DNA from: Lytechinus pictus
Lineage: Eukaryota
Length of the DNA stretch: 64,000 bases
Assembly (NCBI RefSeq): GCF_037042905.1
Contig: NC_087245.1
Location: forward strand, 6,574,001-6,638,000
Direction of reading: 5' to 3'
This document shows, in pieces, positions 54,501-61,600 of the stretch. The position numbers and the translations under genes were made by a program. Within the stretch, counting starts at the first letter, position 1; each line of letters begins with the position of its first letter. Below the pieces are notes generated by a model. It was not told the origin of the DNA. It saw only the letters and a program-made list of their open reading frames with translations, and did no database searches.

Positions 54501-56094
54501 TAAACAATAACCAATAAAAAACAAAACAATAATGGCCTTAGGGCTCTACGAGCGAGCGGCTCAATTTGTGGCCGAAAGCCGTAGAGGCTCCACTCCAGGC
54601 TTATACAACTCCCAAATTGGTTGTTTTTCGGATTGGTGTTGAGCCACACAGTGCTCCAGTAGCTTCCATCGCGGATCTTCTTGTCAGACTCTTCGACAAC
54701 TGTGACTACGGCATCTTTGCATAATTTATCCATCAAGACCGCCTTTCCAATTGCGATTGCCTCTGGTCAGAGGCTTAGTTCTTTGCATGCGTTATGCGTT
54801 TCTCACGGACACATTTGGTGAGAGAGGCTTCAAGTCAGCTTGATTCCCAAGCCAAGAACCAAACGATTTCGTCTGGTTCTGTGGAGGTGTTTCTCGCTCC
54901 TATTTCGGACTTTTCCTCCATTCCGGAGGATAAAGTGTGATGCCCTGTCCGGGCTTTGAAATGGTATCTTGACAAAACAAAGGCTGTTCGTAAATCTGAT
55001 CAACTCTTTGTCATTTCTTGTGTGCCTTTCACTGCAGCGTTTCGCGTCTCTCTCGCGCTGGATCGTCGAGGCGATTAGAGCGGTGGGCGCAGGCGAGCTC
55101 CTTTCGGATATGAGGCCGAAGGCCCATGATACCTTGGGCCCGTCTTATAAAGAGTTGCGATTGATGGAAAGCCAGCAAAGTCAACATATAAAATGCATGT
55201 TTGCTCAAAAATTTTCTAGATATGAATGTATATCCATAAATTCATTGATTTCTTGCCAATTTGGTGTTTTTTTCTCCTTTGTTTACAAAAAACATTTTGC
55301 AAATTTCCTGTAGAAAAAATTATGACACTGTTGGATTTCCATAGATAACTGGCGACACCTGCTCGGGTTCCTCCCGTCAACCCATTGCCTTGCGTGGCAA
55401 CATGTCTTTACATCCCGGCTCGATTATAGGAAGAATTTGGTTGGCGTGCGTTGAGCTTGGGTAGTGTGCGCGTAGGGAGATAGGCACTCTTGCTCAAGAA
55501 TTCTGTGTTCTACTATCAGCTGGCACGTTCCAGAGCGGAACTAGCATACTGAGCAGGTGTCTCCAGTTATCTAGTAAACAAAAAATCACAGTAAAAAGTA
55601 TTTTCATGACTTATTAAACAAAATACTATGTAAAATGATTAAAATTCTGACTGAAGTATCGATTTGAATACCTGCCTTGGTGCATAAATGTTTTATAATT
55701 TCCTATGTTTAATTTTCCTCCATAAAATCAGATCCACGCTGTCCCTCAGATGGTGTTCAAACTATTCCTGCCTCGTTGCCTTACTACATCCTTTCTGACA
55801 ACTACCCAATGGACTATGATAATAACCTGAACTGTTTGTGGCTTCTCCAAGCTGATGCTAACCATTCTTTAGTCATTGACATCCTTGACTTCACATTGGA
55901 AAGTGGCTATGACTATCTCTACATTGGACTGGGTCACAATCGAGCAAATGAGAACTCTGCTGTCCTTGAGCTAACTGGAGTTCTAGCCCCAACAAGGTAC
56001 TATTTTGGAATGCAGACATATCTGCACTTTGTCACAGATTCTACACAGACGCGATCTGGGTTTTCATTGAATATCACATCTATTCCGTTTGAAT
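372..56094 (+). CDS. Internal part of a giant multi-exon gene encoding a CUB/LDLa/SEA tandem-repeat extracellular protein (33 exons, 2342 codons in window; both termini outside)
   Basis: All exons below have AG/GT boundaries and compatible phases (phase 1, except 0 and 2 inside SEA), and I saw no in-frame stops. Domain motifs: CUB (YP..Y..N..C.W, LE.GYDYL, F.SD....R.GF), LDLa (CDG..DC.D.SDE..C), SEA (F..DL.DPS..LY, GFRNGSI). Confidence 0.9.
750..2095. mobile_element. Two related MITE-like elements head-to-head forming an imperfect ~1.3 kb palindrome (repeated at ~18850-20210 and ~35570-36890)
   Basis: 754-789 is inverted relative to 1951-1986, and ~1200-1355 relative to ~1372-1560; the right element starts ttaaccc at ~1359, a piggyBac-like terminus (inference). 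Confidence 0.55.
2498..2593 (+). CDS. Exon, 4-Cys LDLa module (unit 1)
   Basis: ccag|TA...TGCG|gtaagt, 96 nt; TESCDADQRVLEGSYCDGVMDCFDKSDEFEC. Confidence 0.88.
2822..3740 (+). mobile_element. Helentron-associated (HINE/DINE-1-like) non-autonomous element, 3'-truncated by the Penelope insertion
   Basis: 5' hairpin gtctcgcctgcatagcagagcgagac, (GGC)n, ~180-bp internal tandem repeats with aaggtcaaaggtca, inserted in a T run; absent from the equivalent site near 20920; full-length relative at 26729-27707. Confidence 0.7.
3800..5266 (+). CDS. Penelope-type reverse transcriptase plus GIY-YIG endonuclease (N-terminally truncated; frame is open back to the 3741 junction)
   Basis: PKIHK..PLRPIVS, SFDVESLFTSVP, GAAMGSPLSP, RYVDD, PFLD, YRKPT; GVYRIPCECGKVYIGETGR...RIKEH. 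Confidence 0.93.
   Translation: MSRPIYRQLRSSSGLCPIIFGQPKIHKPDTPLRPIVSTRGSPTYALAQHLTYILQPLVGQGVHHVRNSKHFVEQICQMNVSNNDLLISFDVESLFTSVPVKDACAIILERLKFDRTLPDRTQLSPLEIHDLLEMCLNSTSFRWRDTFYRQTEGAAMGSPLSPVVANMFMEHFEETALQSATHKPKVWLRYVDDTFVVWQHGAEETSNFLQHLNSQHECIKFTMEMENEGSIPFLDTKITRTAQGSLSHQVYRKPTHTDRYLNYRSFHHPSVLRSINKTLVKRAHEVSDQIHLRGELEHIKRVLKCNNYPSHKICTELPPSRNPRAGQPKARVVLPYLGAASHKIQRILREADIEVRHSSSNKLQSAVTTHKDKRNSKDLPGVYRIPCECGKVYIGETGRSFNTRIKEHKAHGRRDEREKSAIIDHAHTHDHRILWDESRLVTRVPYWYQRRVREALEIEEHNTVPQDSGLQLSNIWLTVLDKEANLPN
5537..5588 (+). ncRNA. Minimal type I hammerhead ribozyme
   Basis: tctc-CTGAGGA-c-gacaag/aacaca/cttgtc-GAAAC-GTC-gaga: both core boxes, 6-bp stem II, minimal stem III, stem I tctc/gaga. 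Confidence 0.85.
6709..7074 (+). CDS. Exon, CUB-B domain (unit 1)
   Basis: ttag|GT...GAAT|gtaagt, 366 nt, phase 1-1. Confidence 0.88.
7285..7580. repeat. Compound (GTA)n/(GTAGTT)n/(GTG)n microsatellite
   Basis: Directly visible; homologous tracts at ~22560-22670 and ~42400-42760. Confidence 0.95.
7836..7931 (+). CDS. Exon, 4-Cys LDLa (unit 1)
   Basis: ccag|TA...TGTG|gtaggt, 96 nt; SESCDADQRVPVGSKCDGVMDCFDNSDELGC. Confidence 0.88.
8612..9095 (+). mobile_element. Decayed HINE-like element with ~125-bp internal repeats (2 here, 4 in the copy at ~44620-45355)
   Basis: (cctt)n-like head, repeated gtagatgaca.caaaatacaggc.aa, 3' hairpin tgtccttaggaca. Confidence 0.5.
9342..9686 (+). CDS. Exon, cysteine-free CUB-C domain (unit 1)
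   Basis: ctag|CT...CCAG|gtaggt, 345 nt; TSPGYPSNYDNNLNLVW...YDFLYI...FTSDYSTTRQGF. Confidence 0.88.
10022..10462 (+). mobile_element. Decayed Penelope-like 3' fragment with inverted pLTR at its 5' side (second copy ~25902-26315)
   Basis: Degenerate GIY-YIG C-terminus (ERGVKEAIYIQTFKPSL..DGG); 10022-10052 is the imperfect reverse complement of ~10431-10462. Confidence 0.65.
10686..10802 (+). CDS. Exon, canonical 6-Cys LDLa (unit 1)
   Basis: tcag|CC...TGTG|gtatgt, 117 nt; GDCGNSLMSCNSSDVCISASAFCDSLSDCLNEDDEINC. Confidence 0.88.
11214..11576 (+). CDS. Exon, CUB-D domain (unit 1)
   Basis: tcag|AT...GAAT|gtaagt, 363 nt. Confidence 0.9.
12115..12210 (+). CDS. Exon, 4-Cys LDLa (unit 1)
   Basis: atag|TA...TGTG|gtaagt, 96 nt; TESCDVDQRVPIGSDCDGVIDCFDNSDELGC. 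Confidence 0.88.
13203..13306 (+). CDS. Exon, SEA domain part 1 (unit 1)
   Basis: tcag|TT...GGT|gtaagt, 104 nt, phase 1-0; VSIDGSFMIAGIFSSDLNDPSTVLYQNTTSSIIDG. Confidence 0.82.
13345..13950. repeat. Intronic ~210-bp tandem repeat, 3 copies (2 copies in unit 2 at ~30295-30690)
   Basis: Recurring gaaat.acaga...tcacttgctct and caatggtcatttagggg. Confidence 0.75.
14685..14746 (+). CDS. Exon, SEA domain part 2 (unit 1)
   Basis: acag|ATG...TTCAG|gtatgt, 62 nt, phase 0-2; MDAVFESLGPLYFGATVTGF. Confidence 0.82.
14929..15104 (+). CDS. Exon, SEA domain part 3 with GS motif (unit 1)
   Basis: caag|G AAT GGA AGC...CAAG|gtattc, 176 nt, phase 2-1; RNGSITTHFQVQL...; the donor is weak but restores phase 1. 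Confidence 0.78.
15466..15828 (+). CDS. Exon, CUB-E domain (unit 1)
   Basis: tcag|AC...GAAT|gtaagt, 363 nt. Confidence 0.9.
17150..17510 (-). mobile_element. Highly decayed, locally duplicated LINE (RTE-like) fragment (also ~33895-34250)
   Basis: Minus-strand FSLKMKGLVYRSCINLMIQYGSKMW resembles the post-RT KG.VY...V...M.YG.E.W motif of RTE-type LINEs. Confidence 0.45.
17532..17627 (+). CDS. Exon, 4-Cys LDLa (unit 1, last exon)
   Basis: ccag|TA...TGTG|gtaagt, 96 nt. Confidence 0.88.
18469..18831 (+). CDS. Exon, CUB-A (unit 2)
   Basis: tcag|AC...GAAT|gtaagt, 363 nt; flanking introns match those of 372-734. Confidence 0.9.
20600..20695 (+). CDS. Exon, 4-Cys LDLa (unit 2)
   Basis: ccag|TA...TGCG|gtaagt, 96 nt. 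Confidence 0.88.
21984..22349 (+). CDS. Exon, CUB-B (unit 2)
   Basis: ttag|GT...GAAT|gtaagt, 366 nt. Confidence 0.88.
22864..24174 (+). mobile_element. HINE/DINE-like element, second family (shorter copy at ~42947-43390)
   Basis: (GTCC)n microsatellite near the 5' end, internal tandem repeats with aggtcaaaggtca, subterminal gcgggcgta (inverse tacgcccg seen in the 42950 copy), 3' hairpin then ttgtt. Confidence 0.65.
22959..23531. mobile_element. MITE with long TIRs and TTAA target duplication (Kolobok/piggyBac-type), nested in the HINE
   Basis: TTAA|aggggaatgaaacctttggaa...ttccaaaggtttcattctcct|TTAA; empty site gacttaacctagg at ~43048. Confidence 0.85.
24546..24641 (+). CDS. Exon, 4-Cys LDLa (unit 2)
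   Basis: ccag|TA...TGTG|gtaggt, 96 nt; TESCDADQRVLEGSKCDGVIDCFDNSDEFGC. Confidence 0.88.
25172..25516 (+). CDS. Exon, cysteine-free CUB-C (unit 2)
   Basis: ctag|CT...CCAG|gtaggt, 345 nt. Confidence 0.88.
26485..26601 (+). CDS. Exon, 6-Cys LDLa (unit 2)
   Basis: tcag|CC...TGTG|gtatgt, 117 nt. Confidence 0.88.
26729..27707 (+). mobile_element. Full-length HINE/DINE-1-like element
   Basis: Subterminal inverted repeat gtctcacctgcat / atgcaggtgagac, (GGC)n, internal tandem repeats; inserted in a T run; empty site taatttttaccatt at 10921. Confidence 0.8.
27987..28349 (+). CDS. Exon, CUB-D (unit 2)
   Basis: tcag|AT...GAAT|gtaagt, 363 nt. Confidence 0.9.
28896..28991 (+). CDS. Exon, 4-Cys LDLa (unit 2)
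   Basis: atag|TA...TGTG|gtaagt, 96 nt. Confidence 0.88.
30153..30256 (+). CDS. Exon, SEA part 1 (unit 2)
   Basis: Matches 13203-13306, 104 nt. Confidence 0.82.
31441..31502 (+). CDS. Exon, SEA part 2 (unit 2)
   Basis: Matches 14685-14746, 62 nt. Confidence 0.82.
31684..31859 (+). CDS. Exon, SEA part 3 (unit 2)
   Basis: Matches 14929-15104, 176 nt. Confidence 0.78.
32221..32583 (+). CDS. Exon, CUB-E (unit 2)
   Basis: tcag|AC...GAAT|gtaagt, 363 nt. Confidence 0.9.
34275..34370 (+). CDS. Exon, 4-Cys LDLa (unit 2, last exon)
   Basis: ccag|TA...TGTG|gtaagt, 96 nt. Confidence 0.88.
35192..35548 (+). CDS. Exon, CUB-A (unit 3), two codons shorter owing to a shifted acceptor
   Basis: tttctcag|GC TGT CCC...GAAT|gtaagt, 357 nt, phase 1-1. 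Confidence 0.8.
36891..38250 (+). mobile_element. Tandem-repeat-containing (HINE-like) element unique to unit 3, abutting a splice acceptor
   Basis: Repeated ttccatctggtaga.c.tcatgaggt at ~37080, 37251, 37422, 37531, 37687; 3' hairpin cacatcattgatgtg followed by a T run. Confidence 0.6.
38259..38354 (+). CDS. Exon, 4-Cys LDLa (unit 3)
   Basis: ccag|TA...TGTG|gtaagt, 96 nt; TEPCDADQRVIEGSYCDGVMDCFDKSDEFEC. Confidence 0.87.
39630..39995 (+). CDS. Exon, CUB-B (unit 3)
   Basis: ttag|GC...GAAT|gtaagt, 366 nt. Confidence 0.88.
41034..42372. mobile_element. TTAA-duplicating MITE (same aggggaat terminus as 22959-23531)
   Basis: TTAA|aggggaatcca...tggattcccct|TTAA. Confidence 0.8.
41344..42166. mobile_element. 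~820-bp near-perfect foldback element with TA target duplication
   Basis: TA|catagagtaaatcctgtatagtgattggttcaa...ttgaaccaatcactatacaggatttactctatg|TA; arms pair almost to the centre at ~41750. Confidence 0.85.
42400..42760. repeat. Compound (GTA)n/(GCA)n/(GTAGTAGTAA)n/(GTG)n microsatellite
   Basis: Directly visible. Confidence 0.95.
43838..43933 (+). CDS. Exon, 4-Cys LDLa (unit 3)
   Basis: ccag|TA...TGTG|gtaggt, 96 nt; matches 7836-7931. Confidence 0.88.
45606..45950 (+). CDS. Exon, cysteine-free CUB-C (unit 3)
   Basis: ctag|CT...CCAG|gtaggt, 345 nt. Confidence 0.88.
47212..47745 (-). mobile_element. 3' UTR and tail of a CR1/L2-type LINE, antisense
   Basis: Minus strand reads a pyrimidine-rich tract, TATG/TG microsatellite, AATAAA and a (TTCAA)n tail. 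Confidence 0.55.
48239..48355 (+). CDS. Exon, 6-Cys LDLa (diverged paralogue)
   Basis: tcag|CC...TGTG|gtatgt, 117 nt; GNCGNSLITCSSSDVCISASAFCDEMSACINGDDEINC. Confidence 0.87.
48855..55584 (+). mobile_element. Decayed DIRS1-like tyrosine-recombinase retrotransposon
   Basis: Inverted terminal repeats (~48868-48987 vs ~55427-55570); frameshifted RT (PIFVIPKRSGKGRMILN, VYLDDWL), RNase H (HNVLEMRAV, RTDNRSVVAYINLQGG), MT-like segment (EWSLHP...FFAT..NKKLPVFCS), YR remnants (IASGQR.SSLHAL, PVRALKWYL, SRWI...AHDT). Confidence 0.85.
53780..54533 (+). mobile_element. 3' fragment of an L2/CR1-group LINE inserted into the DIRS element
   Basis: NYCCEIWG...LQKRAARLIL post-RT motif, AT-rich 3' UTR, (AATAAAC)n tail at ~54492. 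Confidence 0.8.
55732..56094 (+). CDS. Exon, CUB domain (diverged; last exon detected)
   Basis: tcag|AT CCA CGC TGT...GAAT|gtaagt, 363 nt, phase 1-1. Confidence 0.88.
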
Positions 56095-56383
56095 GTAAGT
56101 ACATATAGGTGCAGTTTAAATTATAAATGTTCTCTTTTTAAGTTACATGTACATTTGACAGGAATATAAAAATGCATCGTATAGATTTAAAAATAAATAG
56201 TAGTAGAAGTGGTGGTGGTGGTGGTAGTAGTAGTATTAGTAGAAATAGTGGTAAGATAAGATAAGATGTTCATTTGTATTTCTTTCTTTCTGCACAAACA
56301 TTTACATGTTATTTACAAGGGTGTTTTTTTTCACATTCAAGCAATATAGATCTTCAGTATAATCATAAAAAATCATCACAGTA

Positions 56384-56475
56384 AGAGCATTGTGGTGTAG
56401 CAGTCCAGACTCTTGCCTTGCAATCAGGGAGTCATGTATTCAAATCCCACTGCGGCCTAGTGTCCTCTGGAACCC
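56384..56475 (+). mobile_element. Decayed tRNA-derived SINE head
   Basis: A-box-like tggtgtagcag and B-box-like ttcaaatccc followed by tagtgtcct. Confidence 0.45.
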
Positions 56476-57134
56476 TTCTTTGTGCCAAGTAAATGATTTT
56501 TACCTAAAAAAAAAACCTTAAAAAACCCACAAAAGCAAAGCAAAAAAACTATGACAACATATAATACATCGCTTAAAATTACATGTAAATTATAAGGTGA
56601 AAAGAGAAATGAACTAAACAATAACAAAATGAAGTGATTTATATATACATATATATTATTTAACTGCAATGTATGTGCTATGAGACAGTCGTAGCTTCTA
56701 TAAAGTCCTTCTTTATCAGTTGTATAGCTTTTGAACTTTGATCCTTACCAGGATGAGTAATGGAGGTCCAGTTGGTTTACATCTGAATGGTTCTTTTGCA
56801 GAAATTAAAGTAGTTCTCAATGATCTGTATTATAAAGCGTGCCTAGGAGACTAGCCTGGTCTTGGTTTCATCAGATTTTAATACAAGCTTGCAGCCATCT
56901 GGCCTTCTTCTTTAACTATCTGAATATATACAAGAGATAAAATGGTTCAAACAAAATCGTCATGTGAGGATATTCGTATTATATTGGATGGCTCAGAATG
57001 GAGTACCAGAAATATTCCAAGAGTTAGGGCAAATATTCCATAAATCGCAGATGAGTGGAATATTGGCCCTAACGAGTGGAATATTTCTGGTATTTCATAA
57101 AAAATACCCATTCAATATAATAATTATCATCAGT

Positions 57135-58560
57135 ACCCCAAGTACCGAGCGGATCAAGCAGACACTCGCCTTCCTGCACCTCGGGGAGCCTCCAGCGATT
57201 CGTCTGAATCGGCGGCCCACTCACCTGCATGGGACACCCCTGCTAGTATGCAGGTGCTACCGACACACGGGTTTCAACCCGTCTTTCGGTAGGCTTCCGA
57301 TAGCCGATGGCCAGGCATCACAACTTTATATGTTGCTCCAGAACGTTTTCGACCAGTGCGGGTTTGTACCCCTACGCTTCACGAGCAGATCACGCAGACG
57401 CCTGTCATCCCGCACTCTGGGGAGCCTCCAGCAATTCGTCTGCATCGCCGGCCCCTCTCACCTGCACAGGAAACTCTCAAGTATGCAGGTGCTACCGACA
57501 CACGGAATTCGTCCCCAGTCTGTCGGCAGGCTCCCGAGTCTGTCCGTGATTCGATCACGGGGCCGTATAGACTCCCCAGGCAGTACCGCCCACCAGCCTA
57601 CCGCCAGCCCCTCACAGGAGGCCAGAGTGCTCCTCCAGTGGAACCTCCCTCACATCTACCTCTCAAGTGGATCTGTGGATTACGAGGAAGAATCCCTCTG
57701 TTCTCTGTTTTGCCCAGGCTTATACACTGCTTCAGGGCATCCCACTCGAAAGGGATTTTTAAGGCTGCCTTCGAGTGGGCAGTGCCCTCCACTCAGACGA
57801 GGAAGCCGCCGGTCTTTGACAGAAGCTTCACCTTCTATACAGAAGATACGGAAGTCCTTTTTGCCACTAATTCCTACTCTCCCCCACTCGATCGAGTCAG
57901 GGCTAGACTGGGCACCAGTTTCTCTAGCGGTCACCGCTGTAGAGAGTTTTAATCTCAGATAACAGCATCATACATGCTCAGCAGTTAGGCTCACTGCCTT
58001 CCTCAGAGCCGTGCTGGGCTTACAAGCGCAAGCATCAGAGTTGAATGTCATGACGAACATATTTCTGGACGAAGCTACGCTATCACTGGTCGGTGCCCTA
58101 TATGAATGCAGCTTGCACTGCTGCTACCATGGCATCGAACGCCTGAAAGGAACAGCTGTTTTCCAAGCTAGATATCTCTCCCTCGAACATTTAAGGCTTT
58201 ATTCATGCCGTCGTTCAGTTGATTTTCCATTGCTTGAGTATCAGCATCCCTCAGACGGAGGAGTGCCTGTTCGGGAAGTAGTTTGATAGCATTTTGTAGC
58301 GAGAATTGGATTTACGAAAACAGGTGGTGGAGCTTTCTTAACAGCTCAAGCCCAAACCCCCTGCTTCCCTTTGTAAAAAGTCACAGAAGCAGGGTGTATG
58401 CTACCAAACCTTCCATGGCTGAGACAGCTCAGCCTAGGCTTGCTGCATCTGCTACTCATGCTAGACCAGCTCATGGCAGGGGCTCCAAGAATAGAGGTGG
58501 CTCTTAAGCCTGTAGTGGCATGGTTCCGGCCAGGGTTTTTGTTGGTGTGCCCCTAGCCCG
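57135..58560 (+). mobile_element. Second, related DIRS-like fragment (ORF1/gag region)
   Basis: Resembles ~50860-52090, e.g. gatcaagcag.cac.cgcc..cc.gcacc..ggggagcctc.agcgattc and ctcac.gccttcctc...caagcatc.gagtt.aat.tcatg. Confidence 0.7.
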
Positions 58561-58699
58561 GTGGGGAGTGGAGGGGGGGGGGCACCCAAATTATATTTTA
58601 ATGTGGGTGTGCTTCACAAAACCCTGAAATGGGGGTCTAAGGAACTCACTACAAGAGTGAAATACGGGGTCTTGAAAACTACTTTATACCAGGTGGTGT

Positions 58700-61600
58700 G
58701 AAAAACAGTCTACGGAATGGGATTGCAATACTGTAGGTATGGTGCACGCTAGCACTTTGCATGTACAGTGCATCCCACAAAAAAGATGTGAAAACAAAAT
58801 ACCAGTCATTGTGACATCACGTTTGTCACACCAACCTAGAATTCTCAAGGGGAGCAACCCAAAGAACCTAAGAAATTTGGAAATGTGCAAACCTGCTTCT
58901 ATGCCATACGATCTTCCGCGAGTTTTCCTGGCTAATGTTAGATCGATTAACAATAAGCTAGATGAACTTGATGTTGTTACCAGAAGTTATAATAGTGATG
59001 TTCTAGCAATTACAGAAACCTGGATAACCCAGGATGCACCACTTGAAATATTGTCGATACCAGGTTACACTATGTTTTCTAGACCTAGGATAGGAAGGCA
59101 AGGAGGTGGAGTCGCTCTTTACGCACGACATAGACTAAATCCACGAATTCTACAAGTTGATGTTCCAGATGATGTTGAGGCCTTGTGGATAATGCTCCGC
59201 CCTCTGCGTTTACCACGACGAATATCTTGTATAATAGTATGTGTTACATACTATCCACCCAGAAAGCCGAATGCTGACGAATATTTAGATCACTACACCT
59301 CTACAATAGATAATCTACTGATGAAGTATCCAGATGCTGGAATCTCGCTAGTTGGAGACTTTGATATTCGACCGCTTTTGTATAACACCCGCTTCAAACA
59401 AGTTGTTACCCAGCCAACGAGAGGAGCTAACATACTAGATAAGATTATCACCAACTATCATCAGTCCTACTCTCCAGTATCATTGGTCTCTCCTGTTGGC
59501 ATGAGTGACCACAATGGTGTTTTGTGGTCTCCCATCCATACCTACCATGATCGACCACAGAACACAGTTCGGCGAAAGCTAGTCAGACCTTTGAAAGACA
59601 GTGGAATACGATCTTTCGGCCAGTGGCTCACACATCAGTCTTGGAATGAGCTCTTGCAAACAAAAGATCCATCAGAAAAGTGTTATATATTGCATACTAC
59701 GATCATGTCAGAACTAGACCAACACCTACCTGTAAAAGAAGTTCGGCTCCATAGCACAGACAAGCCCTGGATGACCCCAGCTATCAAGTCAACAATTATC
59801 AGAAGGCAGGAAGCTTCTATCAACAAGCATCTCATTTCCATAGCAGCTGATCTCCCTCCTCTGGAGAGAGGTTCCCTTCCTGCGTACTTACCATCTCCAA
59901 GTCAGTGCCCCATCGTCCAACCATGGGAAGTACATGTACTTTGAAAGCTTAAACACTTAAATTCTTCCAAAGCAGGGATCAAGGATGACATACCTGTTAG
60001 AGTTGTAAAGGAATTTGCTCTTGAATTGTCTGTGCCCCTTACTGATATCTTGAACACTTCTTTCCAACTTGGGGTTGTACCAGATCAATGGAAGCTCTCC
60101 CAGATTACCCCGATACCTACATGTAAGGCACTACCCGCGTCTATCGACAACATTCGACCAATCGCTCTCACAAGTAACTTTGCCAAAATAGCTGAATGTT
60201 TTGTGGCAAAATGGCTTTTGCAAGACATTGAAAAACACATTGAATCACGTCAGTTTGGTAATAGGACTGGACTTTCCACTACTCACTATTTGGTACAGCT
60301 TCTTCATTGTCTTTTTGAAAATGCAGAAAAAAGTAAATCGATTTCTACCATTGTGTGTACTGATTTTAGTAAAGCCTTTGACAGGCTTGACCATACCATC
60401 CTTATCCGTAAAATGATTGATCTTGATGTACGACCATGCTTAATCCAGTGGGTTGTTGATTTCCTAGAATGTCGTCAACAGTGTGTTAAGTATCGGTAAA
60501 ATATGTCAAAATATGTCAATGTTTGGAAAATAATGCAGGAGTACCGCAAGGTACAAAACTAGGTCCGTTACTATTTCTGATTATGATCAATGACGCATGT
60601 AATTCTTCGACTATTCCTTACTTTAAATATGTTGATGATCTAACTTTGGCAGAATGTAGAGTAATATCATCACCCTCCAAAATACAAGAATGTCTCAATG
60701 AATTGCAAAATTGGTCGACAAATAACCATATGAAATTGAATCCCTCCAAGTGCTTTGGTATGAATGTAACTTTCATGAAAACACCCCCTATTCGTAATGA
60801 CCTACACATTGGTGAATCTGTACTAGCATTCGTCACTTCCGCTAAGATACTGGGTGTAACAATACAGTCAAATTTGAAATGGGATGAACACGTAGGTGAA
60901 ATTCTTAAGAAGTGTAATAGGAAAATTTATATGTTCAGATCACTCAAGCAATATGGAATGCCCGTTGAAGACCTAAAAACTGTCTATGTTGGATACATCC
61001 GTCCCTTATTAGAATATTGCACACCGGTTTTCAATGGGGCTTTGACCAAACAACAGATCGCTGACCTAGAAAGAGTACAGAAACGAGTATGCAAAATTAT
61101 ATTAGGACGTAACTACTCGTCGTATGAAGATGCTTGCCAAACAATCAACCTTGAAACTTTAAATTCTAGACGGAAAATTCTTGCTCAAAAATTTGCCAAA
61201 TCTCTTACAATCAATCCACACTGCAAAACTTGGCTCCCTCCTCCCAAAAGGCTAGACATTTCGCTAAGGAAAATCCCTAAGTACAATCAATTCAAATGCA
61301 AAACCAACCGATTCCGAAATAGTCCCATCCCCTACTTCATAGATTTACTAAACGAGAACTAGATACATTTGTTGCCCCCCCCCCCCCCCGGAAGATATGA
61401 TAGATATAGTTTTCTTTATTTGCTAGGATAGTCATCCTCATTTTATACCGCCTTGCCTCACTTAGGCTGCGTTTATGCGACCTCAAGCCAGAATCATGAT
61501 TTGAATCATGATTCGAATCATGATTCAAAACACAAACATGAATCACAATATCACAGAATCAGCGTTTAGACGACCTTCATTCCAATGCTGTTTCTCCTCA

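Noticed and set aside
372..56094. Assigning a symbol such as TMPRSS15, ST14, CUBN or LRP
   Set aside because: No protease, EGF, MAM, YWTD or transmembrane exon is visible, and the domain order matches none of these
56384..56460. tRNA gene
   Set aside because: Boxes are degenerate, I could not build a convincing cloverleaf, and it continues into SINE-like sequence
56964..57962. 332-aa ORF as a novel host gene
   Set aside because: It runs across a hairpin element into a GC-rich DIRS fragment, so it is a chance fusion
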